A stretch of 64,000 nt of DNA from Mobilitalea sp. (GCA_035564175.1 DATMUM010000088.1:53529-117528), one strand, 5' to 3'; positions 31,605 to 41,590 are shown, counted from the first letter of the stretch. Notes: generated from the letters alone by a model not told the origin. A program made the numbers and translations.

Positions 31605-33287
31605 ATGGATGTGCTGGTAAAGTTATTTGTACAAATTCTTAATATGGGTATCACGGCAAGCTATGTAATTCTGGCTGTATTATTGATTCGCACCTGTATA
31701 AAGAAGGCACCAAAGATTTATTCCTATGTATTATGGCTGGCGGTTGGATTTCGTCTGATATGCCCTGTTTCGTTCTCTTCGGTGCTGAGTATATTTAATT
31801 TTAATTTATTTAATAAGAAGTATCCGCTGAATGATACTGTAGTTATTAATACCTACATTCCTGCCAATACCTTCGTGATACAGCCCTCTAATATAAAAGC
31901 GGGAACTGAGGCTGTGACATTAATTCCGAAAGGAAGTCTTCCAGTATTGGCTTCCGGCGGTGTTAGTCTGCTGCAGATCGTAACCGATATTGCTGCGGTA
32001 TTATGGGTGATAGGAATAGCAGCTTTTCTCATATATAGCATGATATCTTATCTTCGATTGATGCGTAGGGTTGCGAAGGCTGTGCATTGGAAAGAGAATA
32101 TCTATGAATGTGATACTATAACAACACCCTTTGTTATGGGGATATGGAAGCCCCGTATCTATATACCGTTTCGATTAAGCGAGAAGGAGCAGAATTATAT
32201 CCTAAAGCATGAAATGTACCACATCAGGAGAAAGGATTACCTGGTTAAACCGTTTTCCTTCCTGTTACTTGTTCTTTACTGGGTCAATCCGCTTATCTGG
32301 ATAGCATATATCAGCATGAGCAAAGATATGGAGATGAGCTGTGATGAGAAAGTGGTCAGTGAGTTAGGCTTTGATGTAAAAGCTGACTACAGTATGTCCC
32401 TTCTTTCTTTTGCTTCCCACAGGAGCTTCCCGGCAGGCAGTCCGCTAGCTTTTGGAGAAACAAATACAAAGAGCAGAGTTAAAAATGTGCTTCACTTCAA
32501 AAAACCGAGATGGTGGATCTCCATGATCATCGCAATGATATGCATTGTGGTTCTGATTGCCTGCACTGCCAATCCAAAGAATAAATCAGAGGCAGAAACC
32601 AGCAATCAGATTACAGGAGCAGGAACTGAGAACACAATTACAGATGATACAGTTACAGATTATGCTAAGCAGCTGTATGAGCTACGAAATCCCTATATCG
32701 GTGATGCGCCAGCAGATGGAGCATTACTGAAAGAGCTTGGGATTCAAGAGAAGTTTGGTGATTACACATTGGAATTAGAGACCTCCAAGACACCTTACAT
32801 TCTAAGAATCATGTTTACGGACCTGGTGACGGACAGAGATGCTTTTGATGTCAAAATGACGGGTTGTGCAACGATATTACTGGCGCTGATCGATAATGCG
32901 GATGAAATCCAATGGAGCTATCCGTACATGATAGATGGTCAGAAGGATCAGATAACGGTTTACTGGAATGAACAAAATACTCGGGCAATGAATATAGAAG
33001 ATATTAAGGCTTACAGTGAGTCAGCTGAGAAAGTGCAGGAGTTATTAAATTTGCTGGGCGAAGCTAAATTCGATTCAAATATTACCTCGTCGGATAATTC
33101 GCAGAATTCAGAGTCTTCCTCATCTAATACCGGTGAAGGTCCCAGTGCACTTCCGCTGCAAATAAATGACTTCCTGAAAAAGAATGTGACTATGGCAACA
33201 TATCTGGCATACCAGCTTCCGGACGGTTATGAGAATGGATATTATACTGCAACCTTAGGAGAGGGAGGAAATCTCTTTCTTTATTAG
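31605..33287 (+). CDS. BlaR1-like M56 metallopeptidase with extracellular DUF4825-like domain; ends at an in-frame TAG
   Basis: TM N-terminus, HEMYH zinc motif, YWVNPLIW, EMSCDE, F.E...KSRVKN; NPYIGDA motif. Confidence 0.88.
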   Translation: MDVLVKLFVQILNMGITASYVILAVLLIRTCIKKAPKIYSYVLWLAVGFRLICPVSFSSVLSIFNFNLFNKKYPLNDTVVINTYIPANTFVIQPSNIKAGTEAVTLIPKGSLPVLASGGVSLLQIVTDIAAVLWVIGIAAFLIYSMISYLRLMRRVAKAVHWKENIYECDTITTPFVMGIWKPRIYIPFRLSEKEQNYILKHEMYHIRRKDYLVKPFSFLLLVLYWVNPLIWIAYISMSKDMEMSCDEKVVSELGFDVKADYSMSLLSFASHRSFPAGSPLAFGETNTKSRVKNVLHFKKPRWWISMIIAMICIVVLIACTANPKNKSEAETSNQITGAGTENTITDDTVTDYAKQLYELRNPYIGDAPADGALLKELGIQEKFGDYTLELETSKTPYILRIMFTDLVTDRDAFDVKMTGCATILLALIDNADEIQWSYPYMIDGQKDQITVYWNEQNTRAMNIEDIKAYSESAEKVQELLNLLGEAKFDSNITSSDNSQNSESSSSNTGEGPSALPLQINDFLKKNVTMATYLAYQLPDGYENGYYTATLGEGGNLFLY

Positions 33288-33737
33288 GGAGAAGTTCCCG
33301 CTGGTCCTGAGATGGCACCGGTAGAATGGTACGCAGCGGGTGGGGTTATGAGGTTACCCTATGATAAATCAGGGGTAATCAATGGAATTATGTATAACCA
33401 CGTAACGTTTAAAAACGGCAAGTTAATCAGCGGTTCCAATGGTGAGAACCATACATTATATATCGGCGAACCGGAAGTTTTGACCAATGTGCAGGAACAG
33501 GCAGTATTAAGAGAGGTGGAACATGACCTCTATACTGCGGCAGAGCTTGGAGCAGCAGAAGAAGCCGGCAACCCGATACCGAAGGATCAATGGACCAGTA
33601 AGATGTGGGAAATCTATTTTGCCAGGGAAGATGGCAGCGCAGTATACTGCTTCTTCTTTAATGAGAAATATTTTACTAAGAAACAAGCGATTGCCGTAGC
33701 GCAGAGTGTTCAATTTACAGAGGCTGCCTTTCAATAG
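33288..33737 (+). pseudogene. In-frame continuation of the M56 protein after the TAG (or separate small ORF from 33312)
   Basis: Same frame, TAG then GEVPAGPE-M with no intervening stop and no clear RBS. Confidence 0.55.
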
Positions 33738-33891
33738 CTTCTTCATCAATAGGTATCCAGATTATGCAATCATAAATTGGTTCATTCATATCGACTGTTT
33801 TATACGTATATCTGACTTCGATAGTCGTAATCTATTCCATATTACATGAATGAGTCATTTTTAGGATATGCTAATATAAAGTGTAAATCAT

Positions 33892-33934
33892 ATAATCAAG
33901 AAACAGGCTGATTTAAAGCCTGTTTTTTGATTAT
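33892..33934 (+). terminator. Intrinsic terminator
   Basis: AATCAAGAAACAGGCT...AGCCTGTTTTTTGATT. Confidence 0.8.
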
Positions 33935-34037
33935 CGAAGAAAGCAACCCATATCCGGAATAGTTCCAGTTATACCAGATTGTGTTATAACACAAATCATG
34001 AAAAACTTAACGAAAACCGCCAAACTGCTAGAAAAGA

Positions 34038-34066
34038 TTGACTTTTTCTTAACAATTTAATATAAT
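34038..34066 (+). promoter_or_regulatory. rex promoter with overlapping partial Rex box
   Basis: TTGACT-N17-TATAAT; TTGACTTTTTCTTAACAA partly matches TTGTTAA-N4-TTAACAA. Confidence 0.5.
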
Positions 34067-34102
34067 TATGATAATAGTAGATACAGATAAGGAGGAGAAA
34101 CA

Positions 34103-34744
34103 TTGTATAAGAAAGAGATTTCGAAAGCAGTTATTAATAGATTACCAAGATATTACCGTTACCTGGGAGATTTGTTGGAGAAGGATGTCGTAAGAATATC
34201 ATCCAAGGAATTAAGTGAGAAAATGAAGGTTACTGCTTCCCAGATCAGACAGGACCTGAATAATTTTGGGGGCTTTGGGCAGCAGGGCTATGGCTATAAT
34301 GTGGAATACCTCCATTCGGAAATCGGCAAAATTCTTGGCCTTGATACGAAATATAATGTTATTATCATAGGTGCCGGTAATCTGGGTCAGGCGTTAGCCA
34401 ATTATGTGGATTTTGAACGCAGAGGTTTTTTTGTCAGAGGAATCTTTGATATTAATCCTAAGTTAATTGGAACCCAAATCAGAGGGATTACGGTTAAATC
34501 CAATGATGAGTTGGAAGAGTACATTAAGAATAACAATGTAGATATTGCTGCACTTACCGTTCCGAAGGCGAAGGCTCCGCAGATTGCAGCAGAGCTTGCC
34601 AAATGGGGAGTTAAGGGCATCTGGAACTTCGCACCGACGGATCTTAATCTTCCCAAGGAAGTTACTGTAGAGAATGTTCATCTGGCAGAAAGCCTGATGA
34701 AGTTATCCTACCGCCTTTCCGGAAAAGAAGAAATTAAAATGTAA
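34103..34744 (+). CDS. rex: Redox-sensing transcriptional repressor Rex
   Basis: RLPRYYRYL, QIRQDL..FG.FGQQGYGY, GAGNLG, GIWNFAP. Confidence 0.97.
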   Translation: MYKKEISKAVINRLPRYYRYLGDLLEKDVVRISSKELSEKMKVTASQIRQDLNNFGGFGQQGYGYNVEYLHSEIGKILGLDTKYNVIIIGAGNLGQALANYVDFERRGFFVRGIFDINPKLIGTQIRGITVKSNDELEEYIKNNNVDIAALTVPKAKAPQIAAELAKWGVKGIWNFAPTDLNLPKEVTVENVHLAESLMKLSYRLSGKEEIKM

Positions 34745-34780
34745 CTACGAACTAGCATAAGAAGATCGGAGATTTCTCGA

Positions 34781-35386
34781 ATGGCAAAAAAGGAGAAACG
34801 AATCGAATTTCATAATATCGTTAAAGACAAAAAACTGCCAATTCTTACTTTGGACACCCGGTGGCATGAATTATTTACAGAAGATCAGAAAACAGCTGAG
34901 ATTAAAGAACTGGAACAAAAGGTGAATAACCTGCTGAAAAAGCAGGGTAAGCTGGTGAATGATATCAAAGACATGAAGAATCTGAAAAACAGCTTGCTTA
35001 AGGATATCGTGAACAACATGGATATCGGCAAAGATAACGCAAAAGAGAAAGATAAAAAGCTTGGAAAGAATAAGCAATATATTAATGAATTAAATGAAAA
35101 GATGGATAAATCCATGGACGAACTTGGTGATCTCCCCTATCAGATCAAAGAGGTAAATGAACAGCTCATGGGGGAGAGCATCAATGTATTTTATGGATTA
35201 TTAGAAACAAACAAAACAGAATTAAAAGAAGTAACGGATTGGATCAATAATATCAGGGAAGATTTGAAGCACAAGATTTTACTGAAGCAGGATCTTGAGG
35301 CACAGAATAGTTTGATTTATACATACATGCATGATATCCTTGGCCCTGAACTGATGGAAAGGTTTGATAAGCATAAGGGAGGTTAA
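34781..35386 (+). CDS. Hypothetical coiled-coil protein
   Basis: Heptad-rich ORF, LPILTLD.RWH.LF N-terminus; operonic between rex and acpS. Confidence 0.8.
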   Translation: MAKKEKRIEFHNIVKDKKLPILTLDTRWHELFTEDQKTAEIKELEQKVNNLLKKQGKLVNDIKDMKNLKNSLLKDIVNNMDIGKDNAKEKDKKLGKNKQYINELNEKMDKSMDELGDLPYQIKEVNEQLMGESINVFYGLLETNKTELKEVTDWINNIREDLKHKILLKQDLEAQNSLIYTYMHDILGPELMERFDKHKGG

Positions 35387-35387
35387 T

Positions 35388-35747
35388 GTGATTACCGGAG
35401 TTGGAGTAGACTTAATTGAGATAGATCGTGTGCTGCAGGCCTACCAGAAGGAAGGCTTCCGGCTGCGCTATTATACACAACCGGAGATTGAGCTGATTCA
35501 GACAGATAAGAAAAGAGCTGCTGATAATTTTGCTGTAAAAGAAGCAGTGGCTAAGATGCTCGGTACCGGTTTCCGTGGTTTTACTCCGATTGATATTGAG
35601 GTACTTCGAAGTCTGGAAGGAAAGCCTTATGTGAATTTGTACCGTAAGGCAGCAGAGCTTGCCGGTCTGCAGGGGATTACGACCATCCATGTATCTATTT
35701 CGAATACGAAGGATTATGCCAACGCATTTGTGGTAGGGGAGGCTTAA
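35388..35747 (+). CDS. acpS: Holo-ACP synthase
   Basis: GVGVDLIEI.R, FAVKEAVAKMLGTG, GKP, VSIS; GTG start after GGAGG. Confidence 0.95.
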   Translation: MITGVGVDLIEIDRVLQAYQKEGFRLRYYTQPEIELIQTDKKRAADNFAVKEAVAKMLGTGFRGFTPIDIEVLRSLEGKPYVNLYRKAAELAGLQGITTIHVSISNTKDYANAFVVGEA

Positions 35748-35750
35748 AGC

Positions 35751-37301
35751 ATGAAATATGCCGTTAATTCGAAGCAAATGAAACAAATCGATGATTACAG
35801 TGTAGAGGTCTGTAAAATCCCTGCACTGGAGTTGATGGAACGGGCAGCAAATGAAGTGGTTGCTGTCATGAAGAACAGGATTATGATAGAGGATCGCATA
35901 CTTGTTGTCTGTGGTCCTGGTAATAATGGCGGAGATGGAGTTGCAGCAGGTAGAATTCTGTATTTACAGGGCTATCATGTTGCTATTCTTTTTATTGGAT
36001 ACGAAGAGAAAGCTTCCGCATCCATGAAAGTTCAGCTGGAAAGAGCAAGGAATATCGGTGTTCCATTAGAAAACTGTAACAAGCTTCATGAATATAATAT
36101 AATAATTGATGCTATCTTCGGAGTTGGTTTATCAAGAGATGTTTCCGGTGAATATGAAGAGATTATCTGCAATATTAATAGTAGTAGCCAGATAGTATTT
36201 GCGGTTGATATCCCTTCCGGAATATCTGCTGACAGCGGAAAAGTGATGAAGGTGGCTGTGAAAGCTGACTATACTATAACCTTTGGGTACCAGAAGCTCG
36301 GATTATTACTCTATCCTGGTGCCGAATATGCTGGGACTATCACCGTGGCCGATATCGGTTTTCCTGAAGAAGCAACGAAACAGGCTTCACCGGATACCTT
36401 TTATTACGGGCCGGAGGATCTTCATCGACTGCCGGAAAGAAAGAACTATAGTAACAAAGGAACCTACGGAAAGGTTCTTATCATAGCAGGCAGTAAAGGG
36501 ATGAGCGGGGCTGCCTTCCTTTCGGCGAAGGCTGCCTATCGGACAGGAGCGGGCCTGGTAAAGGTTCTTACTTCAGAAGCAAATCGGCAGATTATACAAA
36601 CTTCTATCCCGGAGGCATTATTTGCTGCATATGATGAAGATAATCTGAATGAGGATGAGAGGCAGGAGAAGCTTCTGGAAGCCTTAGCCTGGGCATCCGT
36701 CGTTGTAATCGGTCCGGGCATCGGATTATCCGGTACGGCAGAGGAACTTGTAGAAACTATTATCAAAAAAGCAAAAGTACCCGTTATTATTGATGCAGAT
36801 GCGATTACTCTTCTTTCGAAAAAAATGGATCAGAAGCTGCCAGGAGCAACCGTCAAAGGCAGGCTGGATTACTTATCTGCCTACTTAAACGACCAGACAA
36901 TACTGACTCCTCATCTGATGGAGCTGTCCCGTTTGATCGGTATTCCTGTTTCAGAGATCATCAATAATCTGATTGACACTGCCCATCAATGTTCTTATAA
37001 TAATAAGTTGATATATGCCATAAAGGATGCAAGGTCGATTGTTACCCAGGGTATGAATACCTGTCTCAATATATCCGGTAACAATGGAATGGCTACCGGC
37101 GGAAGCGGCGATGTCCTGACTGGAATCATGGCTGCTCTGATTGCGCAGGGAATGGAAGCTTATGAGACTGCCTGCCTTGCAGTATATCTCCATGGGTTAG
37201 CCGGAGATGCTGCAGCCAATGAAAAGGGAGTTTACTCCCTGATGGCGAGCGATATTGTGAATTCAATCGAAAAAGTAATACGTAGGAAAGGCAAGCGATA
37301 A
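35751..37301 (+). CDS. nnr: Bifunctional NAD(P)H-hydrate epimerase/dehydratase
   Basis: LMERA, GPGNNGGDG, DIPSG, NKGTYG, GPGIG, DADA, TPH..E, ATGGSGDVL.G. Confidence 0.95.
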   Translation: MKYAVNSKQMKQIDDYSVEVCKIPALELMERAANEVVAVMKNRIMIEDRILVVCGPGNNGGDGVAAGRILYLQGYHVAILFIGYEEKASASMKVQLERARNIGVPLENCNKLHEYNIIIDAIFGVGLSRDVSGEYEEIICNINSSSQIVFAVDIPSGISADSGKVMKVAVKADYTITFGYQKLGLLLYPGAEYAGTITVADIGFPEEATKQASPDTFYYGPEDLHRLPERKNYSNKGTYGKVLIIAGSKGMSGAAFLSAKAAYRTGAGLVKVLTSEANRQIIQTSIPEALFAAYDEDNLNEDERQEKLLEALAWASVVVIGPGIGLSGTAEELVETIIKKAKVPVIIDADAITLLSKKMDQKLPGATVKGRLDYLSAYLNDQTILTPHLMELSRLIGIPVSEIINNLIDTAHQCSYNNKLIYAIKDARSIVTQGMNTCLNISGNNGMATGGSGDVLTGIMAALIAQGMEAYETACLAVYLHGLAGDAAANEKGVYSLMASDIVNSIEKVIRRKGKR

Positions 37302-37305
37302 TATT

Positions 37306-38466
37306 ATGGAACAAGGTAATCAAAATAATCGTTATTATAGAGTTCAGGCAAGTGTTGACTTAAATGCAATCAGACATAATCTATTGGAAGTAAGGAAGAA
37401 GCTGAGTGATAATACAAAGCTTATGGTAATCATTAAAGCAGACGCCTATGGTCATGGTGCAATACCGCTCGCAAGAGCGCTTAGTGACAGCGGCAGAATC
37501 GATGCCTATGGAGTGGCTATTATAGAAGAAGCAGTGGAGCTCAGGGAAGCAGGTATCACAAAGCCAATGCTGATTCTTGGATATACTCCGAAGGAACAAT
37601 ATGATCTGGTTGTTGCATATGATGTAGCGCAGACTGTATTTCAATATGAGATGGCAGAAGCTCTGTCCATGGAAGCACAGAAACAGGGAAAGACTGCGAA
37701 GATACACATCAAACTCGATACGGGAATGAGCCGAATCGGTTTCTCGGATACCCATGAGAGTATCGAAGAAATCAAAAGAATTGCTGCACTGCCAAATGTT
37801 GAAATCGAAGGCTTATTCTCACATTTTGCCCGTGCAGATGAGACGGATCAAACAAGTACTTTCAACCAGCTGGTTAGATACACAAGATTTATCGAATTAC
37901 TGGAGAAAGAGAATATCTTCATTCTGGTAAAGCATATTGCTAACAGTGCTGGTATCATTGAATTTCCTCAGGCATATTTTAATATGGTACGCTGTGGTAT
38001 TGCTACATATGGAATCTACCCCTCTGATGAGGTGAATCAGAAGGAAATCAAGCTGATTCCGGCGATGGAATTAAAAACCCATGTAATTTATGTAAAGGAT
38101 GTTGAAGCCGGAGTAGGTATCAGCTATGGTGCGACCTATGTTACCGATAAGAAAAGAAGAATAGCTACTATTCCGGTGGGTTATGCAGATGGTTATTCCA
38201 GAAATCTATCGAATCTTGGAAAGGTTATCATCCACGGCAAATATGCACCCATTGTCGGCAGAATATGCATGGATCAGTTCATGGTTGACGTATCCGATAT
38301 TGAGGATGTGAAACAGGGGGATTACGTTACCTTATTGGGCAGGGATGGAGATGCTTATATCTCTGCAGAAGAATTGGCACAATGGTCCCATTCCTTTGCA
38401 TATGAGCTGGTATGTACCGTAGGTAAGAGAATTCCAAGAGTGTATATCGAACTGGAGCATAAATAA
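37306..38466 (+). CDS. alr: Alanine racemase
   Basis: KADAYGHG, HIKLDTGMSRIG, SHFA.AD, NSAG, GYADG, GRICMDQ. Confidence 0.97.
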   Translation: MEQGNQNNRYYRVQASVDLNAIRHNLLEVRKKLSDNTKLMVIIKADAYGHGAIPLARALSDSGRIDAYGVAIIEEAVELREAGITKPMLILGYTPKEQYDLVVAYDVAQTVFQYEMAEALSMEAQKQGKTAKIHIKLDTGMSRIGFSDTHESIEEIKRIAALPNVEIEGLFSHFARADETDQTSTFNQLVRYTRFIELLEKENIFILVKHIANSAGIIEFPQAYFNMVRCGIATYGIYPSDEVNQKEIKLIPAMELKTHVIYVKDVEAGVGISYGATYVTDKKRRIATIPVGYADGYSRNLSNLGKVIIHGKYAPIVGRICMDQFMVDVSDIEDVKQGDYVTLLGRDGDAYISAEELAQWSHSFAYELVCTVGKRIPRVYIELEHK

Positions 38467-38570
38467 ATATTTCTTAGAGGCAACTGAATCGTTATATTTT
38501 TAATACTTTACACTTTATGGAATACACACGAAGAAAATGGCAATAATAAGGTTAAGCCTAATATTGGAGT

Positions 38571-38936
38571 GTGAATAAAGTGGTTATTAAAAGAGGAGAT
38601 ATCTTCTATGCGGATCTAAGACCGGTAGTCGGGTCCGAACAGGGTGGTGTCAGGCCGGTTCTGATTGTTCAGAATGATACTGGTAACAAACATAGTCCTA
38701 CCGTAATATGCGCGGCCATTACATCAAAAATGAATAAAGCGAAGCTTCCCACACATGTGGAACTGGATGCCGAGAAATATGGAATAGTAAAGGATTCCGT
38801 TATTTTATTGGAACAGGTACGTACTATTGATAAATCAAGACTGAAAGAGAAAGTTTGTCATTTGGACAGGGATGTATTAAAGAAAATTGATAAAGCCCTT
38901 ATTATTAGTTTTTCTTTAGATACATATTATAGATAA
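38571..38936 (+). CDS. mazF: PemK/MazF-family endoribonuclease (NdoA/EndoA-like), no adjacent antitoxin
   Basis: [39 protein letters not shown]...KLPTHV...[16 protein letters not shown]. Confidence 0.95.
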   Translation: MNKVVIKRGDIFYADLRPVVGSEQGGVRPVLIVQNDTGNKHSPTVICAAITSKMNKAKLPTHVELDAEKYGIVKDSVILLEQVRTIDKSRLKEKVCHLDRDVLKKIDKALIISFSLDTYYR

Positions 38937-38967
38937 TACCAAAAGAAAAAGGAGAAGAAATCATACA

Positions 38968-40320
38968 ATGGACGATGGCAACCCCATATCGGGAATGGTT
39001 ATTATTTTATTATTGATTCTTTTTAATGCAATCATCGTAAGTGCCAAGAATGCAATCAACAATGTGAATGAAAACAGTGTAAAAAGGAAAGCAGAAAGCG
39101 GACAAAAAACTGCAGGAAAACTTCTGAAGATCATTGAAAAGCCTAGCAGGTATGTTAATGTTATGGATCTTTTACAGAGCTTTATCGGTGTTCTGATCGG
39201 TATGACCTTTATTACCTATTTCCTGCCTGGAATTGAAGCTGTAATCGTAAACAGCAAAGTTATATCCAATATCAACATCATACGCCCGGTTTATTATGTG
39301 CTGTTAACAATCTTACTGGTATACATCACAGTTTTGTTTGGTTTGATTCTTCCAAGAAGATTTGCAACAAGATATGCAGAAGTAGTCGCATATCATATGG
39401 TGGGCATTATCCGTTTTCTTGGCATAGTATTTTATCCGGTTGCATGGCTTTTGGAAGCACTGTTGAATATCTTTTTAAGAATATTTGGCATTAAGCCTTT
39501 TGACCTGACCGATAACGTTACAGAAGAAGAGATTATTTCCATGGTAAATGAAGGCCAGGAGCAGGGTGTTCTGGATGCCGGCGAAGTGGAAATGATATCA
39601 AACATTATGGAATTGGGAGATAAAGAAGCCCAGGATATTATGACACCGAAGAAAAGGATAGTTGCAGTCAATGCGGAGATGTCAATTGATGAAGCCCTGC
39701 ATTTCATGCTTTCCGAGAATTATTCGAGATATCCCTTATATGAAGGAAACCGAGACAATATTATCGGCATTTTACATATGAAGGATGTCATATGTGCTTA
39801 CATATCAGAAGATTTAAAGAACAAACCTTTATGTGAAATAGCCAGGGAGCCGTATTTCGTTCCGGATACCATGAATATCAACATTCTGTTTCGCGATATG
39901 CAGTTAAAGAACATCCATATGGCAATTGTAATTGATGAATATGGACAAACTGCAGGTTTAGTGGCCTTAGAGGATTTTCTGGAGGAAATCGTAGGCAATA
40001 TACAGGATGAATATGATGAAGAAGAAAGCATGATTATCTCATCCGATGAGAATAATCTCATCGTGAAGGGCTCCATAAGTCTGGAAGAGCTTGAGGACGA
40101 GCTGGATATCATACTTCATAATGAGGATTTTGATACTCTGAACGGTCTGCTGATTTCGCTACTGGCTCGTATACCGGGCGATGGAGAGCAGGCGACGCTG
40201 ACTTACCAGGGTTATCAATTTGATGTATTGGAAACAAGGAATAAGATGACGCATCAGGTTCGGATATCGAAGCTTTCGGAACCGGAAGAAGAACATGCGG
40301 AATCTGAGGAAGTAAAATAA
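38968..40320 (+). CDS. Hemolysin/CNNM-family protein (DUF21-CBS-CorC)
   Basis: TM DUF21, MTP, YSRYPLY, PYFVP, VIDEYG.TAG, LEEIVG.I.DEYD, DTLNG. Confidence 0.92.
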   Translation: MDDGNPISGMVIILLLILFNAIIVSAKNAINNVNENSVKRKAESGQKTAGKLLKIIEKPSRYVNVMDLLQSFIGVLIGMTFITYFLPGIEAVIVNSKVISNINIIRPVYYVLLTILLVYITVLFGLILPRRFATRYAEVVAYHMVGIIRFLGIVFYPVAWLLEALLNIFLRIFGIKPFDLTDNVTEEEIISMVNEGQEQGVLDAGEVEMISNIMELGDKEAQDIMTPKKRIVAVNAEMSIDEALHFMLSENYSRYPLYEGNRDNIIGILHMKDVICAYISEDLKNKPLCEIAREPYFVPDTMNINILFRDMQLKNIHMAIVIDEYGQTAGLVALEDFLEEIVGNIQDEYDEEESMIISSDENNLIVKGSISLEELEDELDIILHNEDFDTLNGLLISLLARIPGDGEQATLTYQGYQFDVLETRNKMTHQVRISKLSEPEEEHAESEEVK

Positions 40321-40361
40321 GACAAAAAAGAACCCATTCATTGAATGGGTTCTTTTTTGTC
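40321..40361. terminator. Bidirectional terminator (CNNM gene / candidate sRNA A)
   Basis: Perfect dyad GACAAAAAAGAACCCATTCA-T-TGAATGGGTTCTTTTTTGTC. Confidence 0.9.
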
Positions 40362-40433
40362 ATACAGCAGGGGAGCTGTATAACCATAGCGTATAATAGG
40401 GTGGGAGTAGAAAGTGTTTTATCACTGTCTATG
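40323..40433 (-). ncRNA. Candidate small RNA A with C-rich anti-SD motifs
   Basis: -10 TATAAT (40445-40440); 5' hairpin AGTG-ATAAAA-CACT, CTCCCACCCT tract, hairpin ATACAGC-TCCCCT-GCTGTAT, terminator. Confidence 0.6.
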
Positions 40434-40532
40434 CTAGCAATTATACATGCCAATTGTGTACAGAATGTGAAGGGATTATAAAAATAATATGAAAAACCAA
40501 AAATATATATAAAGAAAATTGTCAACTGCAGA

Positions 40533-40620
40533 CAAAAAGAGAGCGCTTAAAGCATTTGCCTTAAGACACCCTCTTTATAAATTTATAATGTAGGGAGGAG
40601 AGTGAATATATCACTTTCTG
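40533..40620 (-). ncRNA. Candidate small RNA B, paralogue of A
   Basis: -10 TATACT (40632-40627); 5' hairpin AGTGA-TATAT-TCACT, CTCCTCCCT tract, terminator AAGAGGGTGTCTTAA...TTAAGCGCTCTCTTTTT. Confidence 0.6.
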
Positions 40621-40717
40621 AATATTAGTATAAATGGTAGTTATGATTAAAGTATGGATAAAATAAATACTTTTTGTTAACAAATTGGCTCATATTTATG
40701 TCACATTCCATTTTTTA

Positions 40718-41296
40718 CTAAAAGCCCATGGCGGCTTTTACCGTCTCTGTAAATTCCTTAGAAGTTAATTGCTCCAATAGCTGAAAAGCCACACCTGGAG
40801 CTGTTTGAGGGCAATAGGAGGTAATTATATTTCCATCGACGACAATCGGCTCATTGACAACATTTACGCCGAAAGCCTTTAATTGCTGCTGTCTATAGCC
40901 ATCCCTCAGGTGATAGGTTGTAGCTTTTCTGTCCTTAAGAATACCGCTCTTTCCTAAAGGAAGAGCTCCTACACAGATGGAGGCAATCAGTTTATTCTTT
41001 GCCTGAAATTCTCTGATCAGATTTAATAATTCCTCATCATAGGCTTCTTCATAAAAACCAAACTCTTCAAAGCCTCCAGGTATGGCTAGAGCATCATATT
41101 GGCTGGCGTTAATCTCATAGATTAATTTGTCAACAATGACCGGTACATGAAAGGTACTGACTACTTCTTTATGAAAACCGCAAGTCTCAGTAATTATATC
41201 CTGGCCATAATCATTACGGGCCCAACCCATGACATCAATAAATACACTGAATTCCATCATTTCAAAACCTTTGGCTAAAAAAACTAAGATTTTCAT
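40718..41296 (-). CDS. DJ-1/PfpI family protein
   Basis: [28 protein letters not shown]. Confidence 0.92.
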   Translation of the reverse strand: MKILVFLAKGFEMMEFSVFIDVMGWARNDYGQDIITETCGFHKEVVSTFHVPVIVDKLIYEINASQYDALAIPGGFEEFGFYEEAYDEELLNLIREFQAKNKLIASICVGALPLGKSGILKDRKATTYHLRDGYRQQQLKAFGVNVVNEPIVVDGNIITSYCPQTAPGVAFQLLEQLTSKEFTETVKAAMGF

Positions 41297-41590
41297 TCTG
41301 CTAACTCCTCCTTATTTTTCTGATGTATGTTTTTTTCTATTATGAAATATATTCTTTCAATCTGCAAGAACATTTTATTATGAAGTCAGCTGAATTAAGC
41401 TAATCGATCGAAGTTGGGATGGGGATAAAAGGTAGAGCTGGTGAATAATATAGGGTAGAATTGTCTACTTTTACTTGAATTTAGTTATCAAAGTAGGTAC
41501 AATAAAAATGAAGGCAGTGCTCTGCGATAGGAAATTTGTACCATTTTCTGTATTGGGGCCATGCTTATGACATACATATGGGAGATAGCT

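Noticed and set aside
33979-33994. TTGTGTTATAACACAA palindrome as Rex box
   Set aside because: 16 bp, two shorter than the 18-bp Rex site; binder cannot be assigned
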